A stretch of 64,000 nt of DNA from Eledone cirrhosa. Lineage: Eukaryota. A model generated the notes under the pieces. The model was not told the origin of the DNA and did no database searches. It saw nothing but the letters and a program-made list of their open reading frames with translations. How positions within the stretch are numbered: the stretch's first letter is position 1; the number at the start of each line of letters is the position of its first letter. Location: NCBI GenBank assembly GCA_964016885.1, contig OZ024741.1, positions 202,306,001 through 202,370,000 on the forward strand, written 5' to 3'. Below are positions 26,592 to 36,719 of the stretch, one piece after another. A program made the translations under genes and the position numbers.

Positions 26592-27107
26592 TAGATATAT
26601 TTCTTTATTAGCCACAGGGGCACAAAATAAGGGGACAAATACAAAGGGGGAAGTTTACATACAATAAAAACGTGTAAAATGTTATCACAAATGGAATTTA
26701 AAAAGTTAGTCGATTTTCCCCAATAGAGGGAGACAGTTTATATGGGTAACACATACCCCCGAAAAAAATGTGCAACCCTCATCTCCAGGAGTATGAAGAG
26801 TTTGTACTCCTTTCCTCTCCTCCTTTTCCTCAACCTACAGGCTGATATAGAGAGAAGGCCCATTCACTCGGGCCATTCTCGCCACTTTCACCCACCTTCC
26901 ATAAAACTTGCTGGGGTACAGCACCTCTCTCTCCATCCTGATTCTTCTTCCAAAGTGGTATTTGAAAAAAAGAATCAGTTGTTGGCCGGAGAGAAAGGTG
27001 TCTGACCTCAGCCCTTTCAACCTTGTCCACCATACAACCTCTTTTGCCATAGCTATCACACAAAGGAAAACCGCCTCTCCTTCGTTTTTGAAGGAGGGTG
27101 GCGGTTT
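24209..27107. repeat. Near-identical direct tandem duplication (24209-25658 / 25660-27107)
   Basis: Offset 1451 at the start and 1449 at the end; I found only two substitutions plus a (TA)n length difference; the ORF track repeats. Confidence 0.95.
25148..25658 (-). mobile_element. Tx1/L1-like 3' end (duplicate, cut at the duplication breakpoint)
   Basis: Identical to 26597-27107. Confidence 0.9.
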
Positions 27108-28015
27108 GATCATGACAATGGACTCGGTGGTCAACCGGATTGGTCCCACCCGCGACAATAGTCGTTCTACATAGCCCCACAGGTCAGTAACGCCCGGGCA
27201 GTGTATGAATGCGTGCGCGACGGTTTCTTCGTCTCGCACGCACTTCGGACAGATCTTTTTTGCAGGGTCCCTGCCCGGGTGCCCATGTCTGTAGAGCTTG
27301 TCTCGAACTGGTAGAGCTCCTCGGTAGCACTGCCAGGCCAGGGACTTTTGGAAGTTGTCCATCGGTCCCGGGTGGAAGGTCCTACCGAACAGACTGGCCA
27401 GTTCATCTTCCTCTACGCCTAGAGTTTCACCGAGCGCGTCGTCGCACTTGCTGCGGACCAACCCTCTATAGAATGACGAAGTGGAGTCTCCACTGATCGC
27501 CGGGTCCGCCTGCCAGAGGGCTGTGAGCGCCTGAGCACATTCGATGTGCCAGTCGCCCATTTTCCTCGGTCTTTGCTTGACCCAGGACTGCAGCTCGGTC
27601 AGCGAGATGAGTCGTGGGAAGGCTCGCCTCACAAACGGGGCCCACACCGGTTGTCCAGTGAAGAATACGTAGAGATGCCGCAGCCTGAGCGCGTGTTTGC
27701 GCATCGTCAACCACGGCATCCCCAGCCCTCCGTTAGAAGGGTGTTGGCAGCAGATGGATCTTCTCACCAAAGGAGCCCGCCTCTTCCAAAGGAATCGGAA
27801 GAGCGCGCGCTCCATTTTGGCGAGCGTTTTGGCTGGACAAGGCACAACGGTCAAGCGGTAGTAGATGGCGGACACTATAAAAGTGTTCGCCACCTCCGCT
27901 CGACCTTTCAAGGATAGTTTGCACTCGGCCCACTTCTGGGTGAGTGCAAAGACCTTGGCCGTCACTTCGTTCCAGTTCTTCTCCACCTGGAGGTCCGGAC
28001 CAAACCAGACCTCGA
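26597..28015 (-). mobile_element. Tx1/L1-clade LINE, 5'-truncated, uninterrupted ORF2 C-terminus
   Basis: About 390 open codons (26835-28015): LSLKGRA, GGLGMP, CPKC-X8-H-X4-C knuckle; AATAAA, then (TA)n. Confidence 0.88.
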
Positions 28016-28179
28016 GTTTCTTTAGAAATACGAAATTTCTATACATATCTATATATATCTATCTATCTATCTATATATATATAGATAGATAGATATATAT
28101 CTATCTATATATATATAGATAGATAGATATAGATAGATAGATATAGATATGTATAGAAATTTCGTATTTCTAAAGAAAC
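28016..28179. repeat. Palindrome centred on a (TA)/(TATC) microsatellite
   Basis: gtttctttagaaatacgaaatttctatacatatctata / tatagatatgtatagaaatttcgtatttctaaagaaac. Confidence 0.92.
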
Positions 28180-28278
28180 ACGGGATGTTTACAGATAAAC
28201 ATTTAGGAAGCCATAGCTATGCAAAAAACACTGGGGCTGATGCCCTCTGGTGGTGTCCAGCAGAAGTAAGGGGGACAA

Positions 28279-28320
28279 TCGTCGATGCATTTCAGACTTA
28301 ACTGGTCTTCATCAGGACAA
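28279..28320 (-). ncRNA. Minimal type I hammerhead ribozyme (probable PLE terminal repeat)
   Basis: Minus strand: TTGTC-CTGATGA-AGAC cagttaa GTCT-GAAA-T GC A-TC-GACGA; all core nucleotides and stems present; palindromic ATGCAT stem III. Confidence 0.8.
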
Positions 28321-28363
28321 TCCCTCCCACGCTTGCGACTGCTGGACTTGAAAACAGTCGAGA

Positions 28364-28445
28364 ATATATAGTTTTCTCATCTGTATATATAGTTTTCTCA
28401 TCTGTATATATAGTTTTCTCGTCTGTATATATAGTTTTCTCGTCT
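28364..28445. repeat. 21-bp tandem repeat (about 4 copies)
   Basis: tatatagttttctc(a/g)tctgta; one inverted copy near 28595-28614. Confidence 0.85.
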
Positions 28446-28750
28446 TGAATATGAAATTAATCTCATTGGCATACAAAATTTCTATATATATCTGTATACA
28501 GCTATGCCTGAAGCTAAATCCTATTTCTATTCTATTATAAGTTGAGCCAACTTATGCAGCTTCATATACAAATGAGATTAATCACCTCATTTACACAGAC
28601 GAGAAAACTATATATTTGCTGGCCTATATTTTACATTATGTTTTGACGTTTATAGTCATTTTTATGGAACACTCTTCGCGGGTGCTCTAGGAACATAGCC
28701 CCGGCAAATCCCAGGGGACAACTATATATATATATAGAGAGAGAGAGAGA

Positions 28751-28960
28751 GGAGAAAGTATGGCCCCGACGGCAGAGCTCAAGCCGTTTCGATGACTATT
28801 TCTGGACTAATTTCTGACTTTAGTCCAGAAATAGCCGCGAAACGGCTTGAGCTCTGCCGTCGGGGTGATACTTTCTCCTATTACCCACTCTACTACCCTA
28901 AGTATTGAGTACTCTGGTGCATTATGGTCCACCTGGTTCCTTACCACAACTCCTCCATTA
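28751..28960 (+). mobile_element. Solo, 5'-truncated PLE terminal repeat with inverted partial copy
   Basis: 28820-28960 is homologous to 34522-34662; 28751-28810 is an inverted copy of 28820-28878. Confidence 0.85.
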
Positions 28961-28991
28961 TATATATATATATATATATAAATATATATAT

Positions 28992-29578
28992 ACACGCTTT
29001 CATTTTTTATAATGAAAGAGATCTGAACGGTGAAAGTTTGGAACATGCCCGTTATAAAGTGCAAAAGTATTTTTCAAAAAAATATTTTTTAACTTATTAT
29101 AATTCAGGATATTAGACAATAACTACAAATCATTGAGGATAGGTACCAGCAATTTGGTTCAAAAATATGTTATAATTAACAAAAGGTTTATTAAATATCA
29201 TATTATATATACATATATATATATATGTATATATAGTATGATATTTATATATATATATATGTATATATAATATGATATTTATATATATATATATAAATAT
29301 CATATTATACATACATATATATATAAATATCATATTATATATACATATATATATATACATATATATATATATGTATATATAATATGATATTTAATAAACC
29401 TTTTGTTAATTATAACATATTTTTGAACCAAATTGCTGGTACCTATCCTCACTGATTTGTAGTTATTGTCTAATATCCTGAATTATAATAAGTTAAAAAA
29501 TATTTTTTTGAAAAATACTTTTGCACTTTATAACTTTCACCGTTCAGATCTCTTTCATTATAAAAAATGAAAGAGTGT
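28992..29578. repeat. Large foldback element (about 200-bp arms, AT-rich repetitive centre)
   Basis: Arms nearly identical except for a ~15-bp extra segment (tggaacatgcccgtt) in the left arm. Confidence 0.92.
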
Positions 29579-29795
29579 TATACTAATGCTTTTATTATTA
29601 AATTTACATTAGGGCGGTGGATTGGCAGAATCGGTAGAGAGTTGAACGCCATGCTTTGCAGCATAGAGTAAAAAGAAATGCTGACTTTGATTTACAGCAC
29701 CTTCTTCAATATTGTTATATACTTTCTAGTGATATAAGCAAGCCACATTACCAAGCATGATATTTTTACAAATTATAGGTATCATTTTGATGAAC

Positions 29796-30432
29796 TTCCT
29801 AAAAACTAGTCTCTACAGACCTTTAACCTTTTCCTAAAAGCTAGTCTCTACAGACCTTTAACCTTTTCCTAAAAGCTACTCTCTACAGACCTTTAACCTT
29901 TTCCTAAAAAGCTAGTCTCTACAGACCTTTAACCTTTTCCTAAAAAGTTAGTCTCTACAGACCTTTAACCTTTTCCTAAAAGCTACTCTCTACAGACCTT
30001 TAACCTTTTCCTAAAAAGCTAGTCTCTACAGACCTTTAACCTTTTCCTAAAAGCTACTCTCTACAGACCTTTAACCTTTTCCTAAAAAGCTACTCTCTAC
30101 AGACCTTTAACCTTTTCCTAAAAAGCTAGTCTCTACAGACCTTTAACCTTTTCCTAAAAGCTAGTCTCTACAGACCTTTAACCTTTTCCTAAAAAGCTAC
30201 TCTCTACAGACCTTTAACCTTTTCCTAAAAAGCTAGTCTCTACAGACCTTTAACCTTTTCCTAAAAGCTAGTCTCTACAGACCTTTAACCTTTTCCTAAA
30301 AAGCTAGTCTCTACAGACCTTTAACCTTTTCCTAAAAAGCTAGTCTCTACAGACCTTTAACCTTTTCCTAAAAAGTTAGTCTCTACAGACCTTTTACCTT
30401 TTTCTAAAAGTTAGTCTCTACAGACCTTTAAC
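29796..30432. repeat. Minisatellite, 18 copies of a 35-36 bp unit
   Basis: Unit aaaa(a)gcta(g/c)tctctacagacctttaaccttttcct; 18 counted by hand; no spacers. Confidence 0.97.
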
Positions 30433-30611
30433 ATTGCATTGTTAATCATCCATGAACCAGTAAATTGCCAACCATAGTGACCTCCCAGTCAGCTGATCAG
30501 ATGTTGATTTTGAAGAATGAAAGTTAAATAATAGAACAACAAGTCTGATATTTTGTTAGCTTGAAATATAATTGTTTCTACTTTTTTTTATGTTTCACCT
30601 GCCATGGCTCA

Positions 30612-30839
30612 TTTAGCCCCTTAATGTTCAAACCGGCCCAAACCAGCCAGAATTCTCTACCTCTTTCTGTTGAAACTGGCTGTAACTGTTCCCTCAAACT
30701 GATGTTAAGGTATTGTTCTCAAAATAAATACTTTCAAAATCTCATAGATCGATATTATTTGAGATATTATGTGAGGTAAAACCTTTACCATGAAAATATA
30801 ATAGTATATATAAAATAATGTGAATGCTAAAGGGTTAAA
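30612..30839. mobile_element. Possible old piggyBac-like MITE
   Basis: Degenerate ends tttagccccttaatgttca / tgaatgctaaagggttaaa (TTAA-CCCTTT type). Confidence 0.4.
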
Positions 30840-30898
30840 GTTTAAATTTTAAACTATCTGATAGCTTGAACAAGTTATAACCTGTTAAACTTCCCTGT

Positions 30899-31115
30899 CA
30901 TCATCATGATCATCATTTTACGTCCACATTTCCCTGCTTGCAAGGGTGGAACGGGAACTGATTCTGGCTTGATTTCTACAGCTGGATGCCCTTCCTAACA
31001 CCAACCTCATTTACAGTGAGTGCTGGGTGCTTTTTTTCTGTGGCGCCTACACGTCCACTTTACAGTGTGGACTGGGTGCCTTTTTGCTGTGGCACCTCCA
31101 CGACCACTTTGCAGT
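30899..31115 (-). mobile_element. RTE 3' tail fragment
   Basis: Reverse complement of the RTE 3' UTR with (CAT)n. Confidence 0.8.
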
Positions 31116-31459
31116 GGAATGATAGGGACCCCAGTCCACCCCAGTCCTTATCATCTCATTTCTACAGCTGAGTAAACTGGAGCAATGTGTCACTGTTAAT
31201 AAAATGACTATATAACACACGAACACACATTTGAAAACAAGGTTTTTAAAAAATTATAAAATATACTTGCGAAAAACATTATTTTGTCATCTCCTTCTCC
31301 TCCCTCCCTCCCCACCTCCTCCTCCTCAATCTTGACTATCTATATATCTTTCAAATGATCTTATTACAGCTTGAACAAGTTATAACCTATTAAACTTCCC
31401 TGTCATTTAATAAAATGACTATAAAACACACAACACACATTTGAAAACACTTAAATATA

Positions 31460-32296
31460 TCATCATCATCATCGATTAACGTCTTTCTTCCACGCTAGCA
31501 TGGGTTAGACAGGTTCCATTTAGAAGCAAGTTGGTTCGGGTGACCGTGTCTTGCTCATATAGGAGTGTTTCTGGCTGCTTTTCTATGACTGGATGCCCTT
31601 CCTAATGCCAACCACATTGACAGTGTGTGGTGGGTGCTTTTTGGTGTGTTTTTTACATCCACTTTACAGTGTGGGTTGGGTACTTTTTGTCATGACATCT
31701 ACACGATCACTTTACAGTGTGGGCTGGATGTTATATATACACATGGTCTAAATATACATATTTGTGTATATACACACACATATCATCATCCCCTCCATCT
31801 TTACGTTCATTTTCCAAGCTAGCATGGAGGGGGGGTGGCATACTGTATATATGCTTCAGTCTGTGCTCGTGGGAAGTCGGGTCTTCTGTATTACTGCATA
31901 TCGCCAGAGATTCCGGTCATGTGTCATCTCATCTGAGAGGTACAATTGGGCAAGGTTAGCTTTTATCACCTCATCCCAGGTCTTCCTGGGTCTCCCCACT
32001 CCAAGGCTTACAACAACTTTGAGTGCTCTGCACTCGTTATGCAGCTATCATCCTTCATATGCAACACATGTCCATGTCAATGCAATCTTCCCTCCAGCAC
32101 ACAGCGTTTGATTCCTCTTATGCCTAGTTTCTCTCTCAGTTCATTTATGCTTCGCCGTTCTCGTATATTCCTATTACACATCCATCGCAACAAGCAGGCT
32201 TCATTTCTTGCCAATCTACACTGCACACAGTGCCCAAGTCTCACTACCATGCAACTTAGCTGTTTGTACGCATGCATCATACAGTCTGCCTTTCAT
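31460..32296 (-). mobile_element. RTE LINE 3' fragment
   Basis: KGRLYDACV..LHGSETWALC, LREKLGIRGI, 3' UTR, (CAT)n. Confidence 0.9.
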
Positions 32297-32329
32297 CACG
32301 GTACAATCCACCGCCAAATGCAGGAAACA

Positions 32330-34665
32330 TACCGTGATGATGGGCTCCTTACCCTTAAAGGGTACAATCCCAGTAGTACAGATCGAGTCCGTAAACAATT
32401 AATCAGCTTCTTCCGCGACTGGGAATTTAAAATAACCCTACAAACGTCCCTGACCCGAGTAAACTTCCTGGACGTTACCCTTGACCTCGATAATGATCTG
32501 TACTACCCATACAGGAAACCTAACGACAACCTGCACTACATTCACCACCGGTCAAACCATCCTAGGAACATCACCAATAACCTGGTTAAAAACATCTCCC
32601 TCCGCATATCCCGTTTGTCAGCTAATGAGCAGATATTCGAGGAACATGCGCCTTATTACAACCAGGCCCTCAAACGGAGTGGTTTCCGGGAGGAAATATC
32701 CTACTGTCCAGCTTCCAGTAGCGGAACCAGCAGGCGACACCGCCGCTCACGCAATCTAACATGGTTCAATCCTCCCCACAACGCCGAGGTGACAACTCCT
32801 ATCGGGAAAATCTTCTTTAGGCTCATTGAAAAACACTTCCCACTACAACACCGCTACCACAACATAATTAACAAAAATACCATCAAACTCTCTTACAGCA
32901 CCACACCAAACTTTTCACAAAACATCGTCTCCTCTAACAACAAAAAACTCAACCCCTATGGAAGAAATAACCTAAATAGCAGTGGAGAGCCGACCAGGAG
33001 GTGCAACTGTCCTGATGGATCCATTTGCCCCCTCGACAACAGATGCAGAGATCGTAATGTGATCTACCAGTGCAACGTGAGGACGGACACCTCCAACAAA
33101 GCTTATATAGGATTAACCGCATGTGACTTCAAGACTCGGCTATACCAACACAGACATACCTTCCGAAACCCGGCCTGGCGTCACGCCACTACACTTTCGG
33201 GCCACATATGGGACCTCAAGGATAACAACATTACCTATGATCTCACTTGGAGCTTACTGTCCAGAGCCAACTCTTACACGGGAGGACGCCGTCCGTGCAA
33301 TTTATGCTCGGAGGAAACTTTACAAATGCTGTTTTCGACGGACCAACTCCTAAACAAGAAAGATGAACTGGTTACTGCATGTAAACACAGATTGCGTAGG
33401 ACTTACCTCGCCCTCAAACCCCATAATGACCCGGGGACGGTAGACGTAAGATCTTCTTTTATATCTTTTTATCGCTTCCTCTATATTTCCTTCTTCCCCC
33501 CATCCCTCCCTAGTCCTTCCGCCCCAGTCCTCTTTCTTTGTCGGTCCTTTGTAGCCTCAGTACCCCCACCCCCTTCCCCTATTCTATGATAGATTTGGCC
33601 GACTCCGCTTTTTATAGCAGATGTGTTAGACCCCGGATACTTGCCTTCTTATCCGATCGCTGCCCCTTTTCCGTGCTTTCTATATTTCTTAGTGGTATCT
33701 TTGCTTTAATTTCTCGTATATCAGTATTTATTTTTTGGGGGTGGGTGGGGGGGGGGGATTCTGAATTAATTTTCCATATCAAATTTTACATATACTTCGT
33801 ACGAGCATTTATGTAGTTTGCACTAGAATTTTTGTATCGTGGCGGCACCCTTAGAGATAGTATTAGTATTCTTTTTCGGGATTCTGAATTATTATTTCGT
33901 ATTAGTTTATTTTTTTGCACTGGGTGGTTGCTGGCCTTGTGCCCGGGGTAGAAACCTTTATTTATTATTTTGTGGTAGTTTCTTTAGTATTTTGGCCCCT
34001 CACTTGTTGACCCGTCACCGTAAGATATACTCGGTTTATTACTTATACCTCTTAAAAGGGTCTCATTATAATTCCGTCCCACCTAGTAAACCTTTCTTTA
34101 GCCTAGCAGTACCAGTGAGAGACTTGATAGCTGTCCTTAGGTCGTAGTAACCAGAAATTGTTTATTTTTTTTTTTACATTTAATTGCTTTTTAACACTCT
34201 CGGTATTTTTCTATATATTTACCCCATATTGTTTTACTTATTGTTTCGACTTCCTCCCCCTCCCCCTCCCTAGTATCTTCTTTGACCTCATGCCCAGCTG
34301 TAGTCGGCACTATCAACACATGACTGGGTCTCCTCCACCCCCTCTCCCTCTTTCTCCTACTGGCAGGTTCAGCTACCCCTTCCCTCCACAAATTGCCATG
34401 ATAGAATTATTATGTCTCAACAACAAACTTTTGACCAATCCTTGTGACAATCACTTTTACCATATATGGAATTACCCCTTGAGAAGCTCGGCTATTCAAA
34501 TACCAGGATAAAAATGTTCATTTAGTCCAGAATTAGCCGTCGAAACGGTTTGAGCTCAGCTGTCGGGGTCCTACTCGTTCCTATTACCCACTCTACTACC
34601 CTAAGTATTGAGTACTTTGGTGCATTATGGTCCACCTGGTTCCTTACCACATTTCCTCCGTTATA
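32330..34665 (+). mobile_element. Penelope-like element, 5'-truncated: RT C-terminal half + GIY-YIG endonuclease + 3' UTR/terminal repeat
   Basis: Open frame from YRDDGL through VNFLDVTL, YRKP, WFNPP, NVIYQC..AYIGLT..FKTR..H, CNLC..E, LLNKKDEL; hammerhead at the 3' end. Confidence 0.92.
34474..34569 (+). ncRNA. Type I hammerhead ribozyme, U3:A8 core variant with long stem II
   Basis: ACCCC-TTGAGAA-G..CGGCTA...TAGCCG.C-GAAA-CGGTT tgagctc AGCTG-TC-GGGGT. Confidence 0.7.
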
Positions 34666-34679
34666 TATATATATATATA

Positions 34680-34832
34680 GGCAGCAAATTGACAGAGCCA
34701 TTAGAATGTCAGATAGAATGTTTTGCAGTATCCGTTCCAGCTCTCTGAGTTCAAATCCGTTGCGGTCAACTTTGTCTTTCATCCTTTCTAGGTTGATAAA
34801 AAAAAAGTACCAGTCTAGTACTGGGGTCGATT
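34680..34832 (+). mobile_element. Old SINE copy
   Basis: gagttcaaatcc...ctttcatcctttctaggttgataaa...gtaccag. Confidence 0.7.
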
Positions 34833-35133
34833 CTTCCTCTATATCTTTTTCTCATTTCCTCTCTTTCACTTTCTATCTTTCTCTGGAAGAAATTAGGCTT
34901 GGAGAGGGATTGGCTCTACCAGGCTTAAAATGCCCAAGAAACGCTGTATGTCAGTACAATGCCCCTACGACTCTATCAGGAGTTATAGGACCATACTTAC
35001 ATACATATATGTATGTGTGTGTATATGTACATACTTATAAAAACATCTATTTATATATAGGAGCTGGACGAGGTTGACCACTTCACGTACCATGGCAGCA
35101 TCCTGAACAACCATGGCGACATCAAGCTGGATA

Positions 35134-35170
<37 letters not shown>

Positions 35171-35183
35171 GTATGTATGTATG

Positions 35184-35218
<35 letters not shown>

Positions 35219-35229
35219 CATTATTTACA

Positions 35230-35421
35230 GGGCGGTGGATTGGCAGTATCGGTAGAGAGTCGGACACCATGCTTTGAAGCATAGAGTTACGTCCCTTTAT
35301 GATCTGAGTTCAAATCCCGCTGAGGTTAACTTTGCCTTTCATCCTTACAGGGTCGATAAAATAAGGTACCAGTAATGTACTGGGTATTTGCTGGCCTTGT
35401 GCCAAAAATAGAAACAATTAT
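35230..35421 (+). mobile_element. tRNA-derived SINE, full length (central domain resembles Meta/MESC SINEs)
   Basis: Pol III A-box-like TGGCAGTATCGG and B-box GAGTTCAAATCC; core GCCTTTCATCCTTACAGGGTCGATAAAATAAGGTACCAG; about a dozen copies in the window. Confidence 0.9.
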
Positions 35422-35939
35422 TTACAGTAAAAACTTATGTATAGCGAAAGGCAGACAATCTGATTAAAGGTTTTACTGTTGATGATAAAAAGTGATTAAT
35501 ATTACAATAATATTACTATAAACTATATATAAGATTTAACATTCAACACTGTTATAAGCTGTCGAAATAAGAATATATTTTTTGGTTGATATTATATCGA
35601 CTTTCCTGGAGAAAGGCAGTGTATGATGGAAGGGGAGAATTTGAAAGAAACCATGTTGGGCATGAACAGCTCAAGCGGTGTGCTCGTAAGGGCCTTGAGT
35701 TTGATTTGTCTAAGTAGGGCTGGTAACATGTAACCCAGTACAACCGGTACATGGCCGGGTCGTTGGCAACTAAACCAGCAATCTCACCAATCTTGTTTGG
35801 GGAGGTGGGTGATTTTGGACACCCTGTGAGATGAAAAACAAAACCCGTCAAAGGGCAGAGGAACTCAGGAGAGTCAATGGTCATCCAATAAAGGGCTTTT
35901 TTTTTTGGTGTTAGTCTTCATTAAGACATCTCTCTAGGA

Positions 35940-36430
35940 CAGGGGTCGTCAACCTTTTGGTGTGTGTGGCAGTGTCTTGTCGGCTGGCAACATTTCAATG
36001 CAGTGTCTCGTCGGCTGAATGAATTTTATATGATATTACTTTAATGATATTCCTTACTACAATTAAAATACAGGCAGAAATGGTAAATTGTTTAATGAGA
36101 TACTTGATTTTGCCTTTCGTTGTATAGATTCTCTACATCAGGTGAGATATTTGATATTTTCTTCCACATATGTTTCGTAAATAATTTAAAGTGATGTCTG
36201 TTACCATTCTGGAGTTGTGATTCCCATAGTTGAAGTTTTCTTCTAAAAGTCGTTATTTGGCCAAACATCGGAATTATAAGCCTACTCTTTCCTTGAAGTT
36301 CAACATTCAAATTGTTCATGTGGGTCATACTATACACTAAAAACGGTAACTTGACAATCCACTCTCGATCCCGAAAGTAAGAATTATCTTGCCTTTTGCT
36401 CTCCAAAAATATCTCTTCTCTCAGAGTCTA
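35940..36430 (-). mobile_element. hAT (SPIN/Charlie-like) transposase remnant with one terminal inverted repeat
   Basis: EWIVKLPFLV..THMNNLNVELQGK..FRRKLQLW; CAGGGGTCGTCAACC end at 35940. Confidence 0.75.
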
Positions 36431-36719
36431 GGAGAAGATCACTCTCCTGATATAAAACCTGAGACTTCGTTTGCATCCAATGATGTAAACCAGTTCTTTT
36501 TGGGCAAATGTGTTTGATGTTCAGAGAGTGGGATTGGCCCTGGGCAAAGCCTTTCCTCACTTAAAAATCTTCAAGCACAGGCATCGTTTGATATGTGACA
36601 CTTTTTGCAATACATGGCATTGCTGGCCACAGGCAAGTCCCTAGCAGAATTAAAAGTCACATCCGTGATGTTATGCCTAAGTATCAAGCGATGACATTAC
36701 TCGAAATCAAGTTGCAACC

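Noticed and set aside
29796-30432. CRISPR array (35-36 bp repeats)
   Set aside because: Units are contiguous with no unique spacers, there are no cas genes, and the context is eukaryotic
31946-33589. 547-aa ORF as a novel host gene or domain fusion
   Set aside because: The first ~115 codons are the antisense strand of an RTE fragment and the rest is a 5'-truncated Penelope ORF; the fusion is a chance in-frame junction with a TTG start
34550-35077. 175-aa ORF
   Set aside because: Runs across a PLE terminus, (TA)n and a SINE; no coding signature
35230-35325. tRNA gene
   Set aside because: It has A/B-box-like motifs but no convincing cloverleaf, and is the head of a multi-copy SINE
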